64,000 nt of DNA from Christensenellaceae bacterium Phil10 (GTDB lineage: Bacteria > Bacillota > Clostridia > Christensenellales > CAG-917): assembly GCA_001940895.1 (NCBI GenBank), contig MSGY01000011.1:78942-142941 (forward strand). The letters are read 5' to 3'. The first letter of the stretch is position 1; every line of letters begins with the position of its first letter. Under the pieces are notes generated by a model. That model had not been told where the DNA came from. It ran no database searches and worked only from the letters and a program-made list of their open reading frames with translations. The position numbers and the translations under genes were made by a program. Below are positions 19,668-29,486 of this stretch, in pieces.

Positions 19668-20697
19668 TTTTTCCCTTATATTTCTCGATTAAAGATTTTA
19701 TTTCGTTCGATATTTCATTATTTTCAACGGTTTTTGTTATTTTACCATTTTCGAAAACAGCCGATTTTCCTATACCGCCCGCCACTCCGAAATCGGCGTT
19801 TTCGCTTTCGCCGATTCCGTTAACGACGCATCCCATCACCGCTACTTTAAGCCCCTTCGTACCTGCAAGCAGTTTTTCGGCCTCCTCTGCGATTTTACTT
19901 ACGGGAATAGCGGTCCGCGCACAGGTCGGACAGGATACTACCTCGCTGTCGTCGTTAAGCCCGAGGGATTTTAAAAGCATTCGCCCCGCGCGAACTTCTT
20001 CGACGGGGTCGGCCGTCAGCGAAATTCTTATCGTATCGCCAATTCCGTCAAGAAGAAGGGGCGCAATCCCCGCAACGTTTTTTATAAGACCTCTTTGATA
20101 CGTTCCGGCCTCGGTAACGCCTATGTGTAAAGGATAGTCGAATTTTGCCGAAAACGCTCGGGCGGCGGCAACGCTTGTCCTTACGTCCGACGATTTAAGG
20201 GAAACGACGATTTCGTAAAAACCCGCATTCTCAAGCATTGCGATATGTCTCTCCGCGCTTATCGTCAACGCTTCGGCGACCGGCTTTTGCTTCAGGTCTT
20301 TTTCGATACTGCCCGCATTAACGCCTATTCTGACGGGAACGCCCCTTTCCTTCAGAAAATCGGCAAGATATTTTACCTTGCCTCGGTCTCCGATATTTCC
20401 GGGATTGATTCTGACCTTGTCCGCTCCGTTTTCGACGGCGGCGACGGCAAGCTTATAATCGTACTGAATATCCGCAACTACGGGAATATGCGTGCGTTTT
20501 TTGATTTCCGACAGGGCTTTCGCGGTTTCCTTTCCGTTTACCGCAACGCGCACGATATCGCACCCTGCGTTTTCGAGAGCGATAATCTGTCCTACCGTGG
20601 CGTCGACGTCGGCAGTGTCAGTATTACACATCGATTGTACCGTTATCGGTGCGTCTCCGCCTATAAAAATATTTCCGACTTTTATTTTGCGCGTCAT
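19654..20697 (-). CDS. ispG: 4-hydroxy-3-methylbut-2-en-1-yl diphosphate synthase (flavodoxin)
   Basis: 347 aa. IGGDAPITVQSMCNT..., C-terminal Fe-S Cys (SCPTCART, GCVVNGIGE). Confidence 0.92.
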   Translation of the reverse strand: MTRKIKVGNIFIGGDAPITVQSMCNTDTADVDATVGQIIALENAGCDIVRVAVNGKETAKALSEIKKRTHIPVVADIQYDYKLAVAAVENGADKVRINPGNIGDRGKVKYLADFLKERGVPVRIGVNAGSIEKDLKQKPVAEALTISAERHIAMLENAGFYEIVVSLKSSDVRTSVAAARAFSAKFDYPLHIGVTEAGTYQRGLIKNVAGIAPLLLDGIGDTIRISLTADPVEEVRAGRMLLKSLGLNDDSEVVSCPTCARTAIPVSKIAEEAEKLLAGTKGLKVAVMGCVVNGIGESENADFGVAGGIGKSAVFENGKITKTVENNEISNEIKSLIEKYKGKNEKV

Positions 20698-20702
20698 AAA
20701 TC

Positions 20703-22229
20703 CTATTTAATCATATGGAATATATCGATAAATATCGTAAAAGTAAACAACAATACCATACCGACTGTATGAATGACGGCTTCGACCTTTCTGTTCAGGG
20801 GTTTCCCTCTTATCCACTCGACCGCGGTAAGCACTATTTTGCTTCCGTCAAGCGCGGGAAGCGGCAACAGATTCATAACCGCAACGTTTGCCGAAAGAAT
20901 ACAGGTAATATACAAAAGATACGGGAAGCCGGCCTGCCTGATTCCGCTTGACATAGTCGAGATAACCGTTATCGGACCGCCTGCGCTTTCAAGTCCCATC
21001 TTGCCGGTAATAAGCTGTCCGAGAAGAGCCAGCACCTTGAAAACGATAAAGAACGAATAGGTGAAGCTTCGTCCGAGCGAGCGGAAAAACCCTAACTTTT
21101 CGGACGATAAACGTCTCGTAAATCCGAAATTTGCGGGCTCGTTTCCGTCCTCTCCCGCGATAAGCTGATTGTGACCCGAAACGAAACCGAAATAGGAAAA
21201 ATCGCTAATTACGTTGCCCGAAAAATCCTTTACGGTATCCTGCGACAGCAATACGGGCACGCTGTAACTTCCGCCCTCGAGTTCCTGTTGAAACATTATA
21301 TAATCGCCGTTTTTCAGCGATTTCGACAGAGAATCGTATTCCGTCGTCGTCATAGGAGGCACGAAATTGTCGTTAAGAAAGGTAAGTCTGTCGCCGCGCC
21401 TTACGACCGTTATAAAGCCTTCGTGACTGACGCCGTCTTTTTCGAACACTACGGAAGTGCCGCTTTTGAGTTCGGTAAGCGGCGTATCGGCGTTTTTCTT
21501 TTTGCCGTCGATTTTCGTGACGGTCCAGCCGTCGTCGAGATTTACAGCGCGGTAGGCGTTGTCTTCGATATACAGAATTTGATAAAAGTCTCTTTCGGCA
21601 ACGGGCGCGAAATACTTATACGAGCCTTTTTCGATAACGACTTTCTGTGTTTTTCCGTTTCTCAGTATTTTCAGCGTGGCGGTGTCTCCGCACCCGGCAA
21701 ACATATCCGAAAAATCGTCGTTCATCAGAATGTGCTTGATTTTTCCGTCAACCGCAAGGATAATATCGCCCTCTTGCAGAATTTCCGAGTTTTTTCCGCC
21801 TTCGTACATTTTCCCGACCACGGCAACCTGCTCGCCGTACGCCGAGAAAAAAATCGTAATTATAATCATTGCCGACACGAAGTTGAAAAACGCGCCCATA
21901 AAAAGCACGATTATCCGCTTCCACGGCGGCATATTGTTGAACGCTTTCGGATTGTCGTTGTCGTCCTCTTCGCCCTCGAAAGCGCAAAAACCTCCGAGCG
22001 GTATGGGACGTATGGAAAACTGACCGCCCCATTTTGTTTTTCGTTTATAAATCGGCGGTCCGAAACCTATCGCGAACTCGTTTACCTGAAAACCGAGTTT
22101 TCTGCCCGCAATGAAATGTCCGAATTCGTGAACGACAATCATGAACATCAAAGCGAGCAACGCTACGATAACGTATAAAATATTCAGCATTACGTCCGAA
22201 AAGGAGCAAAGCGCGGATAACAACTGCAA
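20703..22229 (-). CDS. rseP: RIP metalloprotease RseP/RasP (M50 site-2 protease)
   Basis: 508 aa with HEFGHF (HExxH) in TM1 and NLLPLPALDG near the C-terminus. The region between TM blocks (PDZ region) is unusually long. Confidence 0.85.
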   Translation of the reverse strand: MQLLSALCSFSDVMLNILYVIVALLALMFMIVVHEFGHFIAGRKLGFQVNEFAIGFGPPIYKRKTKWGGQFSIRPIPLGGFCAFEGEEDDNDNPKAFNNMPPWKRIIVLFMGAFFNFVSAMIIITIFFSAYGEQVAVVGKMYEGGKNSEILQEGDIILAVDGKIKHILMNDDFSDMFAGCGDTATLKILRNGKTQKVVIEKGSYKYFAPVAERDFYQILYIEDNAYRAVNLDDGWTVTKIDGKKKNADTPLTELKSGTSVVFEKDGVSHEGFITVVRRGDRLTFLNDNFVPPMTTTEYDSLSKSLKNGDYIMFQQELEGGSYSVPVLLSQDTVKDFSGNVISDFSYFGFVSGHNQLIAGEDGNEPANFGFTRRLSSEKLGFFRSLGRSFTYSFFIVFKVLALLGQLITGKMGLESAGGPITVISTMSSGIRQAGFPYLLYITCILSANVAVMNLLPLPALDGSKIVLTAVEWIRGKPLNRKVEAVIHTVGMVLLFTFTIFIDIFHMIK

Positions 22230-23366
22230 TTACCTCATAACCTGACGAATATATTTTTTTACCGTTTCGTCGATTGACAAAACCTCGTCGACGCTGCCGA
22301 CCTTGTTCCCTCGTGCGTACGACATGCCTTTTTCGACGTATCTTGCAATATCGTTGAAACCTATTCTTCCCGAAATAAACTCCGCAACGGCAATTTCGTC
22401 GGCGGCAGAAACCGCCACGCACGCCGTTTCTCCGAGTTTTGCGGCTTCGATTGCGAGCGACAGGCACCTGAATTTTTTAAGGTCGGGACGTTCGAAATGA
22501 AGCGCTCCGAGTTTTACAAGGTCCAGACTTTCGACGAAACTGTCTATACGGTCGGGATACGTCATCGCAAGTTGCACGGGAAGGCGCATATTCGGCATGC
22601 TCATACACGCCATAACGGTTTTATCGATAAACTCAACGAAACTGTGAATAACGCTTTCTCTGTGAACGATAACGTCGACTTTTTCCTTCGGGAGATTGAA
22701 CAGATTCATTGCCTCGATTACTTCCAGGCCCTTGTTCATAAGCGTCGCGCTGTCGATAGATACTTTTGTTCCCATAGACCACACGGGATGTTTGATGGCC
22801 ATCTGCGGCGTAACCGTTGCGAGTTGCTGCTCCGTATAATCCACGAAAGGTCCGCCCGACGCGGTAAGCGTAACTTTTTTAACGTCTTTCGTCTGTCCCG
22901 CTTTCAGGCACTGAAAAATAGCGCTGTGTTCGGAATCGACGGGTATAATCGTCGCGCCGTAACGCTCTGCGGCCTCTCTCATAAGACGACCTGCCGCAAC
23001 GATGGGTTCCTTGTTGGCGATTCCGAGAGTGCTTCCGTTTTTAAGTACGTTCATCGACGGTTTAAGTCCGCTTATACCGACCATACCGTTAATAACGCAA
23101 TCGACTTTTATCTGTGATAATTCTTCCATGGGAAGAACCTGAACGAAAGGCGGCTTGTATTTCACGAATTCGGCGCGCGCGGCAGCGTCGGTAACCGCAA
23201 CGTAGCGTGGTTTGAATTTCATAATCTGTTCGGCAAGCACCTTAACGTTGGTATTTGTAGAAAGTCCTACTACCCTGAACTGTTCGGGATTCTTTTCGAC
23301 AATCTGCAGGGCTTTCGTTCCTACGGAGCCCGTGCTGCCGAGAATCATAATCTGTTTGGTTTTCAT
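22230..23366 (-). CDS. dxr: 1-deoxy-D-xylulose 5-phosphate reductoisomerase
   Basis: 378 aa. ILGSTGSVGTKAL (NADPH site), PVDSEHSAIFQCL, NKGLEVIEA. Confidence 0.93.
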   Translation of the reverse strand: MKTKQIMILGSTGSVGTKALQIVEKNPEQFRVVGLSTNTNVKVLAEQIMKFKPRYVAVTDAAARAEFVKYKPPFVQVLPMEELSQIKVDCVINGMVGISGLKPSMNVLKNGSTLGIANKEPIVAAGRLMREAAERYGATIIPVDSEHSAIFQCLKAGQTKDVKKVTLTASGGPFVDYTEQQLATVTPQMAIKHPVWSMGTKVSIDSATLMNKGLEVIEAMNLFNLPKEKVDVIVHRESVIHSFVEFIDKTVMACMSMPNMRLPVQLAMTYPDRIDSFVESLDLVKLGALHFERPDLKKFRCLSLAIEAAKLGETACVAVSAADEIAVAEFISGRIGFNDIARYVEKGMSYARGNKVGSVDEVLSIDETVKKYIRQVMR

Positions 23367-23401
23367 AAAATATTCCTCTTCTATATAACCCTTGATTTTT
23401 T

Positions 23402-24247
23402 TCAGTACATAAAAGTAAACGCCGTAAACAACATAATAAGCGTAAACATAATGCTGTCAAGCCTGTCAAGCACTCCTCCGTGTCCCGGAAAAATATTTCC
23501 GAAGTCCTTTATGTCCATGGAGCGTTTTATACGGCTTGCCGCAAGGTCCCCTATTTCCGCGATAACGCCGCCGGCGATTCCCAGTACGACGTATACGACG
23601 GCGGTTACTGCAACGCTGTCCGAAAATCCCGTATACCCGGCCTTAATTACGCCGAAATAGTCGAATAACAGGAAAAACAGCACGGCGCACAATATGCTTC
23701 CGATTTCGCCGCCTATTGCGCCCTCAACCGTCTTCTTGGGCGATATCGACGGGCAAAGTTTGTGTTTTCCGACTGCGCTTCCGACAAGATAGGCAAACGT
23801 ATCGGAAAATACGGGAAGAAACACCGCAAACGATATTCCGAACACTCCTCCGCAGGCAAATTCGCGCGATAACGCAAAAGCAAGCGACACGATAAGCATC
23901 GGATAAATCATCGAGAACACCGTCGCAAGCAGGTCTTTGATTTCCATCTGCGGTCTGAAAGTATAAATCGCAAGCGACAGCGCGACGCACGCCGTAAATA
24001 TAATCAGTATACCGGCATAACCTTTAAAATACCATAAAGGATATATTCCGAGACACATTATCAGGGACGGTATGCCACTATTAATATATCCCGACTTTCT
24101 GAAAGTATGATACATTTCGTATGCGCCCGTAAATGCAAAAACCATTATGAGCGCGTCGAGAAACGCGTAATGCACGGTGGCGCCGAGAAAAAGCATAGCA
24201 ACCACGAAGCCTACAAGCACCAATGCGGTAACAGCGCGTTTTAGCAT
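23402..24247 (-). CDS. cdsA: Phosphatidate cytidylyltransferase
   Basis: 281-aa polytopic membrane protein with the C-terminal CDS signature SRIKRSMDIKDFGNIFPGHGGVLDRLDS. Confidence 0.88.
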   Translation of the reverse strand: MLKRAVTALVLVGFVVAMLFLGATVHYAFLDALIMVFAFTGAYEMYHTFRKSGYINSGIPSLIMCLGIYPLWYFKGYAGILIIFTACVALSLAIYTFRPQMEIKDLLATVFSMIYPMLIVSLAFALSREFACGGVFGISFAVFLPVFSDTFAYLVGSAVGKHKLCPSISPKKTVEGAIGGEIGSILCAVLFFLLFDYFGVIKAGYTGFSDSVAVTAVVYVVLGIAGGVIAEIGDLAASRIKRSMDIKDFGNIFPGHGGVLDRLDSIMFTLIMLFTAFTFMY

Positions 24248-24250
24248 AAA

Positions 24251-24460
24251 TTACTCCTCTTTTCCGACTTCGACGCGGAACTTCGAAACGATAAGCGCGG
24301 CGTGATTATCGCAAACGTCGGCGCTTACCACAAGTTCGCAATCATAATCGGCGTTGTTTCTGGAATCGTTATGAATAATTTCGACGTCGGTGACGCCGCG
24401 TTCGGACAAAAGCCGGACTGCTTTGTCTGCCTCGACGCCCGTTAACGCGACGTCAAACAC
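24251..24460 (-). CDS. Hypothetical small acidic protein (69 aa) in the position normally held by uppS
   Basis: GTG start lies 6 nt after GAGG and overlaps the frr stop by 8 nt. Its last codons (AAAGAGGAGTAA) supply the RBS for cdsA 3 nt downstream. I recognise no family. Confidence 0.45.
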   Translation of the reverse strand: MFDVALTGVEADKAVRLLSERGVTDVEIIHNDSRNNADYDCELVVSADVCDNHAALIVSKFRVEVGKEE

Positions 24461-25028
24461 TCATAACCTCGTCTTCTTTTTTCTTTGCGGTTTCTTCGAC
24501 TTTTTCGATTACGCTCGCAAGACGTTTATCGACTTCCTGAAGATAATTGTCAAGGTCGTCCTCGGTAATAACACTGTCTTTTTTGAGTTTCTTAAGGTCT
24601 TCGTTGATATCGCGCCTGTGATTTCTCAAAACGACTTTCGTGTTTTCTGCGCCGGCCTTTATGTCTTTGACCAAAGCGCGACGACGTTCTTCGGTAACTT
24701 CGGGGAAAACGAGGCGGATAACGGTGCCGTCGTTATTGGGCGTAATTCCGACGTTGGCGGCGAGGATTGCTTTCTCGACGCTCTTCAACGCGCTCTTGTC
24801 CCATACCGTAACGACGAGAACTCTCGCTTCGGAAACGGTCACGTTGGCCATCTGATTGAGCGGCGTCATCGTGCCGTAATACTCCACTTCGACCTTATCG
24901 AGAATATGAGGATTGGCGCGCCCCGCGCGAATGGCCTGCAGTTCCGTTTTGAAATTATCGAACGTTTTTTGGTTTTCCTCGTCGAAAACGTCGAATAACA
25001 AATCGATTTCGTCAATACCGAAAGACAT
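24453..25028 (-). CDS. frr: Ribosome recycling factor
   Basis: Trimmed to ATG 25028 (MSFGIDEIDLL...), with GGAGG 7 nt upstream. 191 aa. IRAGRANPHILDKVEVEYYG is typical of RRF. Confidence 0.93.
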   Translation of the reverse strand: MSFGIDEIDLLFDVFDEENQKTFDNFKTELQAIRAGRANPHILDKVEVEYYGTMTPLNQMANVTVSEARVLVVTVWDKSALKSVEKAILAANVGITPNNDGTVIRLVFPEVTEERRRALVKDIKAGAENTKVVLRNHRRDINEDLKKLKKDSVITEDDLDNYLQEVDKRLASVIEKVEETAKKKEDEVMSV

Positions 25029-25147
25029 ATATATTCCTCCAAATAAACAATTTAGTACGAATATTATAACAAAGATAATATATAAAATCAAGCAACTTTA
25101 AAACATTTGCCTTCGGCGACTGTCGGAAACATAATTCGTAAAACTAC

Positions 25148-25175
25148 AAAAAAACGGCGGAAACCGCCGTTTTTT
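25148..25175 (-). terminator. Rho-independent terminator after pyrH (symmetric A/T flanks)
   Basis: Stem cggcgg (25155-25160) / ccgccg (25164-25169) with an A7 run on one side and T6 on the other. Confidence 0.7.
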
Positions 25176-25203
25176 AAAAAATTTCCGATACTTTTGATGA
25201 TAA

Positions 25204-25908
25204 TTATTTAATTATTGTGCCGATTTTCTGACCCGTGGCCGCTTTGAAAATACCGTCGTTTTCTTTAAGCGCAAACGTGATTATGGGAATATGGTTTTCC
25301 ATACAGAGAGATACGGCGGTAGTGTCCATAACCTGCAGACCGTTTTTGATAACGTCGAGATATCCTATCTCGTCGTATTTTTTCGCTTCGGGATTCTTTT
25401 TGGGATCGCTGTCGTAAACGCCGTCGATATTTTTCGCCTGCAAAAGAACGTCGGCCTGAATTTCGGCCGCGCGCAACGCCGCGCCGGTATCAGTGCTGAA
25501 ATAAGGATTTCCCGTGCCGCACGCCATTATTACGACGCGTCCTTTTTCAAGATGTCTCAACGCTCTTCTGAGAATATACGGCTCCGCTACGCGCGGCATT
25601 TCCAAAGCCGTCTGCACACGGGTGGGCACTCCCGCTCGTTCGAGCGCGTCCTGTAAAGCAAGCGAATTGATTACGGTTGCAAGCATTCCCATATGGTCGG
25701 CGGTCGTTCTGTCCATATCCGTTCCCTGACGTCCGCGCCAGAAATTGCCGCCTCCGATAATTATGCCTATCTGAATACCGCGGTCGCGGACTTTTTTGAT
25801 TTGTTCCACAACCTGCGAGATAACTTCGTTATCCAGTCCGAATCCGTTTTCGCCCGCAAGCGCCTCGCCGCTGATTTTAATAACTACTCTCGAGTATTTA
25901 TTATCCAT
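25204..25908 (-). CDS. pyrH: UMP kinase
   Basis: Trimmed to ATG 25908 ([17 protein letters not shown]...), with AGGAG upstream. GGGNFWRG motif present. Confidence 0.93.
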   Translation of the reverse strand: MDNKYSRVVIKISGEALAGENGFGLDNEVISQVVEQIKKVRDRGIQIGIIIGGGNFWRGRQGTDMDRTTADHMGMLATVINSLALQDALERAGVPTRVQTALEMPRVAEPYILRRALRHLEKGRVVIMACGTGNPYFSTDTGAALRAAEIQADVLLQAKNIDGVYDSDPKKNPEAKKYDEIGYLDVIKNGLQVMDTTAVSLCMENHIPIITFALKENDGIFKAATGQKIGTIIK

Positions 25909-25927
25909 AATTCTCCTGTATTTTATC

Positions 25928-25953
25928 AAAAAAAGGGGACGCTTAGGCGTCCC
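25928..25953 (-). terminator. Rho-independent terminator after tsf
   Basis: Stem gggacgc (25936-25942) / gcgtccc (25947-25953). On the minus strand it is followed by a T7 run (25928-25934). Confidence 0.7.
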
Positions 25954-25965
25954 TCGTAAAAACGA

Positions 25966-26637
25966 TTAACCGTTCTGTTGCATCTTTGCAAGATTCTCGC
26001 TGATTTCTCCGAGATAATCGTCCTTGCGTTTCTCGATGCCCTCGCCCATTTCGTAACGGACGAAACGACGAATCGCAACCTTTTCGCCAACTTTCGCGGT
26101 GATTTCGGTCTGATATTGTTTGATGGTCTTGCCGGGGTCTTTAAAGAAGTCCTGTTCGAGCAGGCAGACTTCCTTATAGTATTTCGCAATACGACCGTCA
26201 ACCATTTTTTCGATGATGTTCATCGGCTTCGGCTTGGGCTCGGAAAGAGCCTGCGCTTTATAAATTTCGCGTTCGGCCTCGACGGCTTTGGCGTCGACTT
26301 CTTCGATAGAAACGTAGGTGGGTTTCATAGAAGCAATCTGCAAAGCGACGTCGTGCGCGAAGGTTTTGAAATCGTCGCTCTTCGCAACGAAGTCGGTTTC
26401 GCAGTTGACCTCGACGAGAACGCCGATTTTACCGCCCATATGAATATAACTTTCGACAATGCCTTCGGCCGCTACGCGTCCCGCTTTTTTTGCGGCGGTC
26501 GCGGCGCCCTTTTCGCGAAGAATGGTAACCGCTTTGTCCATATCGCCGTCGGCTTCGGTCAAAGCCTTTTTGCAATCCATCATACCTGCGCCCGTGCGAG
26601 CGCGCAAATCCATAACGTCTTTACTGGTGAATGCCAT
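25966..26637 (-). CDS. tsf: Elongation factor Ts (short form)
   Basis: 223 aa. [16 protein letters not shown] is the UBA-like N-terminus. Directly downstream of rpsB. Confidence 0.93.
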   Translation of the reverse strand: MAFTSKDVMDLRARTGAGMMDCKKALTEADGDMDKAVTILREKGAATAAKKAGRVAAEGIVESYIHMGGKIGVLVEVNCETDFVAKSDDFKTFAHDVALQIASMKPTYVSIEEVDAKAVEAEREIYKAQALSEPKPKPMNIIEKMVDGRIAKYYKEVCLLEQDFFKDPGKTIKQYQTEITAKVGEKVAIRRFVRYEMGEGIEKRKDDYLGEISENLAKMQQNG

Positions 26638-26655
26638 ATAGTAATTCCTCCGGGA

Positions 26656-27501
26656 TTAATTTTCTTCTGCTTCGGCGATAGCCTTGTCAAGCGCTTCTTC
26701 TTTGGTAAGAGGAGCGGCTTCAACGACTTCTTCGGCTTTAACTTCGGCGACTGCCTCGGGTTTTTCTTCCTCGGCCGCTTCGGCATTTGCTTCGGCGTGC
26801 GCAGCCGCTACTGCGTCGACGCCCTGTTTGGCTTCGATAACGGCGTCGGCCATAAGAGACGCGAAAAGCTTGATTGCGCGGATAGCGTCGTCGTTGCCGG
26901 GGATAACGTAATCGACGAGATCGGGGTCGCAGTTGGTGTCGACGACGCCTACGATGGGAATATTGAGAAGACGGGCTTCTTTAACCGCGATTTCCTCTTT
27001 TTTGAGGTCGACGACGAACAACGCACCGGGAAGGTCGCGCATATTCTTGATGCCGCCGAGGTTCTTTTCGAGTTGGTCGCGTTCGGCTTTGAGACCGATA
27101 ACTTCCTTTTTGGGAAGAAGTTCGAACTCGCCTACGATTTCCATCTGATTGAGTCTGTTAAGTCTGTCGATACGGGATTTGATGGTTTTGAAGTTGGTCA
27201 GCGTGCCGCCCAGCCATCTCTGGTTGATATAGTACATACCGCAACGCTCGGCTTCCGACTGAATGGCGTCCTGAGCCTGCTTTTTGGTGCCTACGAAAAG
27301 GATATCCTTGCCCTCCGACGCAACCTGACGGATGAATGCGTAGGCCTCTTCAACCTTTTCAACCGAGATTTGGAGATCGATAATGTGAATATCGTTTCTC
27401 GCGGCATAGATGTACTTTGCCATTTTGGGGTTCCAGCGTTTAGTCTGGTGACCGAAGTGAACGCCTGCTTCGAGCAGTTGTTTCATTGATGTTACTGCCA
27501 T
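26656..27501 (-). CDS. rpsB: 30S ribosomal protein S2
   Basis: 281 aa. [19 protein letters not shown]. Carries an Ala/Glu-rich C-terminal extension of about 45 aa. Confidence 0.95.
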   Translation of the reverse strand: MAVTSMKQLLEAGVHFGHQTKRWNPKMAKYIYAARNDIHIIDLQISVEKVEEAYAFIRQVASEGKDILFVGTKKQAQDAIQSEAERCGMYYINQRWLGGTLTNFKTIKSRIDRLNRLNQMEIVGEFELLPKKEVIGLKAERDQLEKNLGGIKNMRDLPGALFVVDLKKEEIAVKEARLLNIPIVGVVDTNCDPDLVDYVIPGNDDAIRAIKLFASLMADAVIEAKQGVDAVAAAHAEANAEAAEEEKPEAVAEVKAEEVVEAAPLTKEEALDKAIAEAEEN

Positions 27502-27602
27502 AAAAAAATACCTCCGTTTTTTACCCTCCCCGGAAGTTTTCGACGAATTTACTTAAAATCAAGCACGGAAACGTCAACCCACGGGTGCGGATTTTCGATA
27601 GG

Positions 27603-27631
27603 ATTATATCATAAGCGGAAAATCTTGGCAA
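27603..27631 (-). promoter_or_regulatory. Sigma-A-type promoter for rpsB-tsf
   Basis: Minus strand reads TTGCCA (27631-27626), 17 nt, then TATAAT (27608-27603). This leaves a leader of about 95 nt before the rpsB start. Confidence 0.5.
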
Positions 27632-27688
27632 ACGAAATTGCCCGACTTTTAATATAATTATAAATAATTATTGCAAAATTTTCAAAAT

Positions 27689-28033
27689 TCAGCCCGCGAC
27701 GTTCTCGATATGTTCGACTTCGTCGCAGCAGATTGCGATAACGTCTATCCGCAAAGTTTTGTCGTAAAGACCGTGTATCTGCGAATAGAGATTGATAAAA
27801 CGTTTATACCTGTTGATTTTTGCGGGGGTTACCGCCTCAACGGCGTATCCGTAAGAATACGAGGAGCGCGATTTGACCTCGACGAAACAAACGTCGCCCG
27901 ACGGGGCTTCGGCAATAATATCGACCTCGATACCCATCAGCTTTTCGTTGCGGCCGAGTATTTTATATCCCTTATCGACGAGATAACCCTCGGCGAGACT
28001 TTCGCCTCGTATTCCTTCGCAGCGCGTTTTCAT
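27689..28033 (-). CDS. yraN: YraN family (UPF0102) endonuclease-like protein
   Basis: Trimmed to ATG 28033, which overlaps the rnhB stop (ATGA). 114 aa. GESLAEGYLVDKGYKILGRN...EVDIIA...CFVEVKSR. Confidence 0.8.
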   Translation of the reverse strand: MKTRCEGIRGESLAEGYLVDKGYKILGRNEKLMGIEVDIIAEAPSGDVCFVEVKSRSSYSYGYAVEAVTPAKINRYKRFINLYSQIHGLYDKTLRIDVIAICCDEVEHIENVAG

Positions 28034-28641
28034 TCTTCGTCCCCCGAAATAAAATTTTTGATAAAAGTCCTGCGATGAACGGGACAAGGACCCTTTTCCT
28101 TTATTGCGGCGATGTGTTGCGCGCTTCCGTAGCCCTTGTTGCTTGCGAATCCGTATCCGGGATAAACTTCGTCGAGTTTTTTCATAAATCCGTCGCGCGT
28201 AACCTTTGCGATAATGGAGGCGCAACCGATGCTGTAAGACAATGAGTCGCCTTTTATAATGGCGTGCGTCTTATACGGAATATCAAGATTTACGGCGTCG
28301 ACAAGCACGACGTCGGGTCTGACGTCAAGCGATTCGATTGCGCGTTTCATCGCGTCTTTCGTGGCGTTCAGAATATTGACTTCGTCTATGTATTCGTTGT
28401 CGAGACTGACGACGGACTTCGCGATGGCGGCGTTGACGATGGGGTCGAATAATTTTTCTCTTTTTTTCTCGGAAAGTTTTTTACTGTCGTCGACTCCGTC
28501 CACTATTTTGTCGAGGTCCATTATGACGGCGCAAACGGTAACGGGGCCCGCAAGAGGGCCTCTGCCCACTTCGTCGACCCCGCATATATACTTCGCGCCC
28601 TGCGCAAGATAGGATTTTTCGAAAAAGAGTTTGTCCGGCAT
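28030..28641 (-). CDS. rnhB: Ribonuclease HII
   Basis: Trimmed to ATG 28641, which overlaps the folD stop (TAATG). 203 aa. ICGVDEVGRGPLAGPV and DSKKLS motifs. Confidence 0.9.
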   Translation of the reverse strand: MPDKLFFEKSYLAQGAKYICGVDEVGRGPLAGPVTVCAVIMDLDKIVDGVDDSKKLSEKKREKLFDPIVNAAIAKSVVSLDNEYIDEVNILNATKDAMKRAIESLDVRPDVVLVDAVNLDIPYKTHAIIKGDSLSYSIGCASIIAKVTRDGFMKKLDEVYPGYGFASNKGYGSAQHIAAIKEKGPCPVHRRTFIKNFISGDEE

Positions 28642-29486
28642 TATTTCGGTCTTCTGTTTGCCGCCGCTACGGTGTTGCTCATAAGCATGGTAATGGTCAT
28701 CGGTCCCACGCCGCCCGGCACGGGAGTTATGAATGAACATTTTTCTTTGACGTCCTCGAAATCGACGTCGCCGCAGAGTTTGCCGTTTTCGTCGCGGTCC
28801 ATGCCCACGTCGATAACGATTGCGCCCTCTTTAACCATTTCCTTTTTGACGAACTTCGCCTTGCCTATAGCTACGACGAGAATATCGGCTTTCGAAGTAA
28901 TCGAGCCTAAATCGCGCGTTTTGCTGTGGCATACCGTAACCGTGGCGTTGTTCTGAAGCAGCAGATGAAACATCGGTTTTCCGACGATATTGCTTCTTCC
29001 TATCACGACGGCGTTCTTTCCCGCGATTTCGACGCCCGTCGATTTTATCAGTTCGATAACGCCGTGCGGCGTGCAAGGCAATAAATCGGGAGTGCCGAGA
29101 CACATAAGTCCCGTCTGATACGCCGAAAAACCGTCGACGTCTTTCTTTACGTCGATATAAGACAAAATTTTCCGTTCGTCGAGATGACGGGGAAGAGGCA
29201 ACTGAACGAGTATGCCGTCGCAATCGGGATTCGCGTTGAGTTCCTCTATTTTTGCGATAACGGTTTTCTCGTCGGTATCCGCGGGATAACGGCATTCGAA
29301 ACCGGTTATTCCGAGTTCCTCGCACGCTTTGATTTTGTTGCGGACGTAAACCTGACTTCCCGGGTCGTCCCCCACAAGAATTACGGCAAGTCCCGGGGTT
29401 ACGCCGCGACTTTTAAGGGATTGAATTTCACTTTTCAGTTTTTCGCGATATTTCGCCGATAAGGCTTTTCCGTCGATAATCTGCAT
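28641..29486 (-). CDS. folD: Bifunctional methylenetetrahydrofolate dehydrogenase (NADP+) / methenyl-THF cyclohydrolase
   Basis: 281 aa. VGDDPGSQVYVRNK, GILVQLPLP, VIGRSNIVGKP, PVPGGVGPMT. Confidence 0.93.
   Translation of the reverse strand: MQIIDGKALSAKYREKLKSEIQSLKSRGVTPGLAVILVGDDPGSQVYVRNKIKACEELGITGFECRYPADTDEKTVIAKIEELNANPDCDGILVQLPLPRHLDERKILSYIDVKKDVDGFSAYQTGLMCLGTPDLLPCTPHGVIELIKSTGVEIAGKNAVVIGRSNIVGKPMFHLLLQNNATVTVCHSKTRDLGSITSKADILVVAIGKAKFVKKEMVKEGAIVIDVGMDRDENGKLCGDVDFEDVKEKCSFITPVPGGVGPMTITMLMSNTVAAANRRPK

Noticed and set aside
25978-27489. 503-aa plus-strand ORF
   Set aside because: It is antisense to tsf and rpsB and crosses their intergenic region. Both of those are certain calls.
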